Source: Armatimonadota bacterium (lineage in GTDB: Bacteria > Armatimonadota > SYMT01). Taken from it: DNA of 64,000 nucleotides. The notes beneath the pieces were generated by a model, which was given only the letters and a program-made list of their open reading frames with translations, did no database searches and was not told the DNA's origin. How positions within the stretch are numbered: the stretch's first letter is position 1; each line of letters opens with the position of its first letter. The stretch lies in the NCBI GenBank assembly GCA_046292385.1, contig JBKBRF010000002.1:64001-128000 (forward strand), read 5' to 3'. A program made the position numbers and the translations under genes. Shown here one piece after another: positions 57,428-64,000 of this stretch.

Positions 57428-59716
57428 ATGCGCTTCGACGAATTCCTCTCGCAGTTTTCCTCCGAAGAGCTCAAGCGGCTGGCGAAGCCTTTCGTCGGAA
57501 CGGAAGCGTACCGGCTCAAAAAGGACGCAGCCCTGCGGGCGATCCTCACCGCGCTGCAGAGCCCGGACGTCCTCCGCCGGCGGGCGGCGTCCCTTTCGGA
57601 GGGCGAGCGGTTCGCGCTCACCCTGGTGCGCCGGCGCGGCGGGAGCCTGCCGGCGGCGGAGCTGGCCGGCGCGATCTGCGGCTCCGGGCACACGGTGGAA
57701 GGCTCGCAGTATGACCGCGACTCCTGGACCTCTGCCCTGAACGGGTTGACCGACCGGCTGCTGTTGATGAACGTGGGGCCCTACACAGGCGGGTACGGCT
57801 ATTCGAGCTACTCGCTGGACGGAGGCCTCGGCGGGGTGGTCTCGTTCTCGGACGAGCGTCTGCTCCCCCTGGTGGAGCACACGCCCCCGAAGACGCTGGC
57901 GATCGAGCCGGCGCCGCAGCCGGAGGTGCGGGCGAGTCGCCGCCCGGCGGAAGTACTGCTGCTGATGACCGCCGTCATGGAGGCGATCGGGCGGATGGGG
58001 GGGCTCCCGCTCACCAAGAACGGCAAGCTCAGCCGTCCGGGCCTGCACCGCCTCACCAAGGCCCTGAAGGGGCGCGAGGAGTCGCCGCACCCGCTCGCGG
58101 TATCGCTCTCCTTTGACGAATTCCTCGCTTCGGAGTTCCTGACGGAGCTACTCGGCTCGTCCGCGCTGCTGAGCTGCGACGTCGAGGCGATGCGGGTGCT
58201 GCCCGGTCCTGGAGCCTGGGAGTGGCTGGAGGCGCCGTTCGAGATGCAGGCGCTCCAGTGGGCGATGGGGTACCAGGTCCTCACCGGCTGGGCGGAGTTC
58301 CTGCCCAGGCACTACTATGACCGCCGCGAGCTGGATGTCTCCGGCAAGGTCAACGCGCTCCGAGCCGCCCTGCTGACGGGCCTCGCGGCGCTGCCGGACC
58401 CCGCCCGCTGGTACCGCTTCTCCGAGCTCGCCGCCGCGCTGGAAGGAAGGCTCAAGGGAAAGCTGTCGCTCATGGTGATTCCTTCGACCTACTTCTACGG
58501 GAGAACGGAAGCGGAGCGGCAGGCGTTCGAGACGAAGCGCCAGGAAGAGCTGCGGAAGAACTGGGTGCAGTCGGAGCAGGTCTGGCTGGAGCGGGCGCTC
58601 CGCGGACCGCTGTTCCACCTGGGGCTGGTCGAGCTCGGCGCTGCCGCGGAGAGTCCCGACGACCTCCTGTTCCGGCTCACCGATCCCGCCGCGTCCGGGC
58701 TGCGCTTCTTCTTCCACAACGTCCAGATCCAGGTCGCACCGCCGCCGTCCGGTGGCTGCTGGGTGGTGCAGCCGAACCTCGACGTCGTCGTCTACATGGA
58801 CCGCGTCACGCCGGCGCGGCTGGCGTTCCTGGGACAGGTGGCGAAGACGGAGTCGGTCCAGCCGAATGCCGCCACCTACCGGCTCACCCGCGATTCGGTC
58901 TACTACGCGCTCGAGAGCGGCTTTTCCGCGGAGCAGCTGCTGGAGGGCCTGCGGGAGGGCTCCCAGGGACCGCTCTCCCCGGTGGTGGAGCGCACGCTGC
59001 GGGACTGGTCCGCCAAACGGGAGCGGATCCGGCTGCACACTTCCGCCCGCCTGCTCGAGTTCCCGGACACCGCGGCCCGGGACGCCGCGGCGGAGCGGCT
59101 GGGAAAGGCGGGCGCTCCGGTGGGAGAGCGCTTCCTCCGCCTGGAGGCGGAGACGCTGCCGAGGGAGCTGGCAGCGCGCGTGACGCAGCGGATCGACTAC
59201 CGGCTGCCGCCCCCCACCTGCCTGGAAGTGGCGGAAGACGGCACCGTCACCGCGCGCGGGTCGCTCGACCTCCCGGCGCGATCGCTGCTCCTGCGCTGGA
59301 TGGAGCCGCTCCCGGACCGGGCCAACGCCTGGAGGCTGACCGAGGCGAGCGTCCGCGGCGCGGCGGCGGCAGGACTAAGCCCGGCCTCGCTCGAGACGGT
59401 GCTGACGGAGCGGACCGCCTCCGGCGAGATCCCGGGGATCCTCCGTGTCGCGGTGCGGGCGTGGGCCTCCGGGCGCCCGCTCGAGAAAGCGACTCTCGGG
59501 GAGGCGACGCTCTTCCTCATCCAGGAGAAGGCGCTGGCGGAGGCAGTGGAGGCGAGCGAGCGGCTGCGGGCCCTCCTCGGCGAGCAGCTCTCGCCTCGCG
59601 CGTACCTCGTCCCCGATGCCAACCTGGACGCCCTCCGCGCGCTGCTGGCGGAGCTCGGCATCCAACCGAAGGAGCCCGTTCCCAGGGCGCCGCGATCCCG
59701 AAAGAAGGGCGCGTAG
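57428..59716 (+). CDS. Helicase-associated domain (Helicase_C_3-like) protein, no ATPase motifs
   Basis: VVQPNLDVVV..YRLTRDSVYYALESG..VERTLRDW and a second copy WRLTEASVRGA; alternative GTG 57383. Confidence 0.82.
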   Translation: MRFDEFLSQFSSEELKRLAKPFVGTEAYRLKKDAALRAILTALQSPDVLRRRAASLSEGERFALTLVRRRGGSLPAAELAGAICGSGHTVEGSQYDRDSWTSALNGLTDRLLLMNVGPYTGGYGYSSYSLDGGLGGVVSFSDERLLPLVEHTPPKTLAIEPAPQPEVRASRRPAEVLLLMTAVMEAIGRMGGLPLTKNGKLSRPGLHRLTKALKGREESPHPLAVSLSFDEFLASEFLTELLGSSALLSCDVEAMRVLPGPGAWEWLEAPFEMQALQWAMGYQVLTGWAEFLPRHYYDRRELDVSGKVNALRAALLTGLAALPDPARWYRFSELAAALEGRLKGKLSLMVIPSTYFYGRTEAERQAFETKRQEELRKNWVQSEQVWLERALRGPLFHLGLVELGAAAESPDDLLFRLTDPAASGLRFFFHNVQIQVAPPPSGGCWVVQPNLDVVVYMDRVTPARLAFLGQVAKTESVQPNAATYRLTRDSVYYALESGFSAEQLLEGLREGSQGPLSPVVERTLRDWSAKRERIRLHTSARLLEFPDTAARDAAAERLGKAGAPVGERFLRLEAETLPRELAARVTQRIDYRLPPPTCLEVAEDGTVTARGSLDLPARSLLLRWMEPLPDRANAWRLTEASVRGAAAAGLSPASLETVLTERTASGEIPGILRVAVRAWASGRPLEKATLGEATLFLIQEKALAEAVEASERLRALLGEQLSPRAYLVPDANLDALRALLAELGIQPKEPVPRAPRSRKKGA

Positions 59717-59798
59717 CGCAGCGGGGGCAGGAGGCCGGGCTCCGGCGGGCGAATTCTGGCCCGGGAGCCGCGATGGTGCGGCCGGAGCGAGAGGTTTT

Positions 59799-61382
59799 AT
59801 GCGTCGTCTCATCAGTGCGCTGGCCGTTACCGCGAGCCTGGCGATCGGGGTTGTTTCCGCGGCGGAGGCCGGACGGTCCACGGGTCCGCACCGCATCTCG
59901 CGGGCGGAGCTGGAGGACCGGGTCCGGGGCGGCTGGGCGGGCCAGATGATCGGGGTCTCGTTCGGGGCGCCGACCGAGTTCCACTACCTCGGCCGCACGA
60001 TTGAAGGCGAGCTGTCGTGGTCGCCCGACCGCGTCACCAACGCGATCCAGCAGGACGACCTCTACGTGGAGATGACCTTCGCGGAGGTGATGGACCGGAT
60101 CGGACTCGACGCCACCACGGAGCAGTACGGCGAGGCGTTCAAGAATTCGAAGTACAACCTCTGGCACGCCAACGCCGGGGCCCGCCGGCTGCTGAACCAG
60201 GGGATCAAGGCGCCCTGGTCCGGCCACCCGAAGTACAACATCCACGCCAACGACATCGACTTCCAGATCGAGGCCGACTTCATCGGGCTGATGACCCCCG
60301 GGCTGCCGCGGGAGTCGAACAAGTACTGCGACCGGGTCGGCCGGGTGATGAACTACGGCGACGGCCTCTACGGCGGGATGTTCGTCTGCGGGATGTACGC
60401 GGTCGGCTACTTCGAGACCGACGTCCGCCGGGTGGTGGAGCAGGGAGTCGCCTGCCTGCCGCGGGAGAGCGGCTACGCCCAGATCATCCGGGACGTGCTG
60501 CAGTGGTCGCGCGAGCATCCGGACGACTGGCGTAAGACCTGGCAGCTCGTGCAGGACAAGTGGGACCGGGACGACTCCTGCACCGGCGGCGCCCTGCAGC
60601 CGTTCAACATCGACGCCCGCCTGAACGGCGCCTACATCGCCATCGGGATTCTCTACGGGAACGGCGACTGGGAGAAGACGCTGGAGATCACCACCCGCTG
60701 CGGCCAGGACTCCGACTGCAACCCGGCCAGCGCGCTGGGGGTGCTCGGCGTGATGCGCGGCTACCGGGCAATCCCGGAGAAGTGGAAGTCCGGCATCCCG
60801 GCGATCGCCGACAAGAAGTTCGACTTCACCGACTACTCTCTGAACGAGATCGTCCGCTCCACCATGGACCGCGCGCTGAAGATCATCCGCGCCGCCGGCG
60901 GGAGCGTCACGGAGGCGGAGGTCACCGTTCCCCGTCAGAGCCCGAAGGCGCCGAAGCTGGAGCAGTGGAGCATGGGCGTGCCGCAGCGGATGGTGCCCGG
61001 GGCGGATGCGGCCTGGAACTGGCAGGGACCGTGGGAGGCGAAGAAGGGTGCCCTGGAGTTCCGCACGCAGGCGGAGGGCCGCGTTGCCACCCGGGCCGGC
61101 GCGGAGGGGACGCTCACCTTCGAGGGAACCGGTGTGGTGCTGGTGGGGCCGCACTCCCCCGCGGGAGGCCGCGCCGATGTGTGGGTCGACGGCAAGAAGG
61201 CGGGGATGATCGACTTCTACATCGTCCCCCGCACCACCGACGACTCGCTCTGGCACGTCTACGGCCTGAAGCCGGGCCGCCACACCGTGCGGCTCGTCAC
61301 CCGGGACGACGCCGACCCCCGCTCCACCGGCCGCGAGTGCTTCGTCCTCGGCGCCCTCACCTACGGCCCGGAGCGGAAGTAG
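59799..61382 (+). CDS. Secreted ADP-ribosylglycohydrolase-family protein with a C-terminal beta-sandwich
   Basis: GGWAGQMIGV..GAPTEF, QDDLYVE, DIDFQIEAD, GQDSDCN; signal peptide; GAGG RBS. Confidence 0.88.
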   Translation: MRRLISALAVTASLAIGVVSAAEAGRSTGPHRISRAELEDRVRGGWAGQMIGVSFGAPTEFHYLGRTIEGELSWSPDRVTNAIQQDDLYVEMTFAEVMDRIGLDATTEQYGEAFKNSKYNLWHANAGARRLLNQGIKAPWSGHPKYNIHANDIDFQIEADFIGLMTPGLPRESNKYCDRVGRVMNYGDGLYGGMFVCGMYAVGYFETDVRRVVEQGVACLPRESGYAQIIRDVLQWSREHPDDWRKTWQLVQDKWDRDDSCTGGALQPFNIDARLNGAYIAIGILYGNGDWEKTLEITTRCGQDSDCNPASALGVLGVMRGYRAIPEKWKSGIPAIADKKFDFTDYSLNEIVRSTMDRALKIIRAAGGSVTEAEVTVPRQSPKAPKLEQWSMGVPQRMVPGADAAWNWQGPWEAKKGALEFRTQAEGRVATRAGAEGTLTFEGTGVVLVGPHSPAGGRADVWVDGKKAGMIDFYIVPRTTDDSLWHVYGLKPGRHTVRLVTRDDADPRSTGRECFVLGALTYGPERK

Positions 61383-61537
61383 GCACATGCGGTGCGGAGT
61401 AAACTCCGCGCGTTGGCTCCGCCGGCAGTCAACTGCCGGCGATCCCGGTCTCGCGTGGCGGACTCATCGGCGGGAGGGATTCCGAACCTGCAACATGCAA
61501 CCTGCTAACCTGAGAACCGGACGCTGAAGTCGACCGC

Positions 61538-62848
61538 ATGGAGCCCACTACCGCCGGCCCCGAGCGCGAGACGTTCGACTACACCCCGGAAGAGCACGCC
61601 GCCGCCTCGACCGGGGACTACGTCTTTCACCAGCTCATCCCGTACATCGGGAACAAGCGGAAGCTGCTGGGCCTGATCGGCGAGGCGCTGGCGCGGACCG
61701 GGGGCACGCGGGAGGGCACTTTCCTCGACCTCTTTGCCGGCAGCGGGGTCGTCTCCCGCATGGCGAAGCGGCTGGGGTACCGCGTGCTGGCGAACGACTG
61801 GGAGCCGTACGCCCTGGAGCTCAACCGCTGCGCCGTGGAGTGCAGCACCCCGCCGCCGTTCACCGCCCTCGGCGGCTACCAGGCGGCGATCCAAACGCTC
61901 AACACCCTCCCGCCGGCGGAGGGGTGGGTCACGCGGCATCTCTGCCCCCGCGACGACCGCGCCTGCGACCCGCGCGTGGAGCGGATGTTCTACACCCGCG
62001 CCAACGGGATGCGCCTCGACGCCATGCGGGAGCAGGTGGCGCAGTGGGAGCGGGACGGCCTCCTGGATCCGGCCGAGCGGGCCTGCCTGCTGGCGCCGAT
62101 GCTCTACCAGGCGAGCTACACCAGCAACACCAGCGGCGTCTTCAAGGGCTTCCATCACGGCTGGGGCGGCCAGACCGGCACCGCGCTCTACCGCATCCTC
62201 TCCCGCCTCACACTGCGCCCCGCCCTCTTCCACGAGAACGGCCGGGAGAACCGGGTCTATCGGACGGATGCGACGGCGCTGGCGCGGAAGCTGCGGGAAG
62301 AGCGGGTGGAGGTTGACGTCGCCTACCTGGACCCGCCGTACAACCAGCACCCGTACGGCAGCAACTACCACGTGTTGAACACGGTGGCGCTCTGGGATCA
62401 CCCGTCCCTCTCGGAGCGGATCGAGGGTCGGAACAAGGCCGGCATCCGGCTCGACTGGCGCACCGAGCGGCGCAGCGCCTACAACCACCGCGGCGACGCG
62501 GAGCGGGCCTACCGGGAGCTGCTGGGCGAGCTGGAGGCGCGCTGGATCCTGACCAGCTACAGCACCGACGGCATGATCCCGCTGCCGAAGCTGCTCGCCG
62601 CCTGCCTGGAGCGCGGGCGGACCGAGGTGGTGCTGCGCCGCTACAAGCGCTACCGGGTCAGCACCCAGCGCTACTCCCGCAAGCCGCTCAACATCGAGCT
62701 GGTGGCCGTCATCGACACCCGCCGCCCCCACCGCGGCCCCTCCGCGGAAGAGCTTTGCACCCAGATCCGCCGCGAAGAGGCCGCGGCCTTGAGCGAGCAC
62801 GCGGGGAGTCCGAACGTGGAAGAATCCGAACGTGTAAAAAGGGGATAG
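61538..62848 (+). CDS. Adenine-specific DNA methyltransferase (Dam/FokI D12-class), orphan
   Basis: YIGNKRKL, DLFAGSGVVS (motif I), YLDPPYNQHPYGSNYH (motif IV), ILTSYS. Confidence 0.9.
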   Translation: MEPTTAGPERETFDYTPEEHAAASTGDYVFHQLIPYIGNKRKLLGLIGEALARTGGTREGTFLDLFAGSGVVSRMAKRLGYRVLANDWEPYALELNRCAVECSTPPPFTALGGYQAAIQTLNTLPPAEGWVTRHLCPRDDRACDPRVERMFYTRANGMRLDAMREQVAQWERDGLLDPAERACLLAPMLYQASYTSNTSGVFKGFHHGWGGQTGTALYRILSRLTLRPALFHENGRENRVYRTDATALARKLREERVEVDVAYLDPPYNQHPYGSNYHVLNTVALWDHPSLSERIEGRNKAGIRLDWRTERRSAYNHRGDAERAYRELLGELEARWILTSYSTDGMIPLPKLLAACLERGRTEVVLRRYKRYRVSTQRYSRKPLNIELVAVIDTRRPHRGPSAEELCTQIRREEAAALSEHAGSPNVEESERVKRG

Positions 62849-63150
62849 GGGGATGGAATGGGGATGAGGGGATGGGAACCTTCCGAACTCAGCTCCTTCT
62901 CATTCTCTTTCTCTTACTCCTACTCAAGAGACCAGCCGAACCGAAAGAAGCCGATCGCTTTGCGTTCGGCTTCCCCCCGCCAGAGGCTCGGATTCATCCC
63001 TCATCCTTCCGCCTTCATCCCTCAGAAACGCGCTTGGAGCGAGCTTCCGTGGACGTGCCGGAGAGCGAAGGTCGCCAGCGAGCAGGAGCAGGACCTCCCG
63101 TACACGGAGGGTCCCACTTTAGCCTTCTGCCTTTAGCCTTTTGCCTTTAA
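62840..63150. repeat. Mosaic intergenic repeat combining modules seen at 16345-16675 and 43750-43889
   Basis: GGGGATAGGGGGATGG head, CTCCTACTC module, TTCATCC heptamers at 62993-63023, (GCCTTT[AT])n tail. Confidence 0.72.
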
Positions 63151-63163
63151 AGGCCTTCATCCT

Positions 63164-64000
63164 TTAGCTGTCTCGTCTCCTGAACAGCGGCTCGGCTACC
63201 TGGAGGGGCGTCAGCGTGACGGCGCGGAAGTCGATGGGGCCGTGGTCGCCCTGGAGCATGATGGGGCCGGGCTGCCCTTCACGGCTGTCGAGCGCGCCGC
63301 CGGTGATGCCGGGGATCTCCTGGCGGCAGATGATCTCCTGGCCGTTCAGCTCCACCGTCAGCTCCCGGCCCACCAGGGTGATCTCCATCGTCTGCCATTG
63401 ACCCGCCGGCTTGGCCGCGTTGACGCGCGGCTTGATGAAGCCGTACACGCCGCCGATGCCGTGCGCGTCCGGCGGGCGGCCGTGGTCGTCCTGCACCTGG
63501 ACTTCGTGACGGCCGCGCAGGTAGATGCCGCTGTTGCTGCCCTTGGGATAGCGGAACTCCACGTGCAGCTTAAAGTCGCGGAAGCTGCGGGTGGTGACGA
63601 GGTCGACCCGCGGCCGGCGGTTGCGGAGCAGGCCGTCCTCCACCACCCAGCCGTGCGGCTCCCGCGTGTGGCGCGGCTTCCAGCCGGAGAGGCTCTCCCC
63701 GTTGAACAGCTCGATCGGGCTGCCGGCCGGGCGGGGCTCGCCCTGGCGCGCCAGCGTGGGCGCGCGGGTGCCGGTGAAGTTGAGCCAGTCACCGTCGATC
63801 GTGCGGGTGCGGCCGGTGATGCGGTCGCCCTGGACCCGGCCTTCCCAGCGCAGCTCCTTCAGCTTGCCGTGCTCCCACTGCGGCGGGAGGGTGAATTCGA
63901 AGCGCCCGTTCGTATGGTGCACCTCCGCGATCGGGCGAGCGCTGCCGCTCCGGTGGACGAACCGCCCCACCAGCGCGCTGTACCCGGAGCGCTCCACCTC
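63164..64000 (-). CDS. DUF1080 (3-keto-disaccharide hydrolase) protein, 5' truncated by window edge
   Basis: LFNGESLSGW, DFKLHVEF, SNSGIYLRGRHEVQV, GPIMLQGDHG. Confidence 0.9.
   Translation of the reverse strand, partial: EVERSGYSALVGRFVHRSGSARPIAEVHHTNGRFEFTLPPQWEHGKLKELRWEGRVQGDRITGRTRTIDGDWLNFTGTRAPTLARQGEPRPAGSPIELFNGESLSGWKPRHTREPHGWVVEDGLLRNRRPRVDLVTTRSFRDFKLHVEFRYPKGSNSGIYLRGRHEVQVQDDHGRPPDAHGIGGVYGFIKPRVNAAKPAGQWQTMEITLVGRELTVELNGQEIICRQEIPGITGGALDSREGQPGPIMLQGDHGPIDFRAVTLTPLQVAEPLFRRRDS

Noticed and set aside
61383..61520. tRNA or riboswitch-like structured region
   Set aside because: Only two short hairpins (GCGGAGT-AA-ACTCCGC and GCCGGCAGT-CA-ACTGCCGGC) plus an AACCTG array; no cloverleaf or recognisable aptamer.

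Overview
High-GC bacterial chromosome segment with about 50 protein-coding genes. It is probably Armatimonadota, inferred from two DUF1559 prepilin/H-X9-DG genes of the [25 protein letters not shown](Q/K)ARE type and a DUF3084-yqgF pair. No rRNA, tRNA, CRISPR array, integrase or transposase was recognised. Left to right: (1) a translationally coupled class-III aminotransferase-LuxE-like-LuxC-like trio without luxAB; (2) a ~16 kb arabinan/L-arabinose locus (ROK regulator, GalT, inositol-monophosphatase-family phosphatase, plant-ARA1-like GHMP kinase, two GH51, GH43, ABC transporter, GalE/Uxe-like epimerase) with no araABD in the window, which reads as a Leloir-type L-arabinose to D-xylose pathway (top finding); (3) secreted proteins, comM, and TipA and ArsR/VOC modules; (4) a BlaI/M56-led heavy-metal RND operon followed by an orphan His-rich fragment; (5) xylonate dehydratase plus aldolase; (6) a second RND operon with a P-II-like gene; (7) a thioredoxin-like/AhpD gene split by an in-frame UGA at CxxU with a SECIS-like hairpin (candidate selenoprotein); (8) a helicase-associated-domain protein, a secreted ADP-ribosylglycohydrolase-fold protein and an orphan DNA adenine methylase. 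Intergenic regions hold several families of nested inverted and short tandem repeats. All family assignments come from motif recognition by eye, not database searches.
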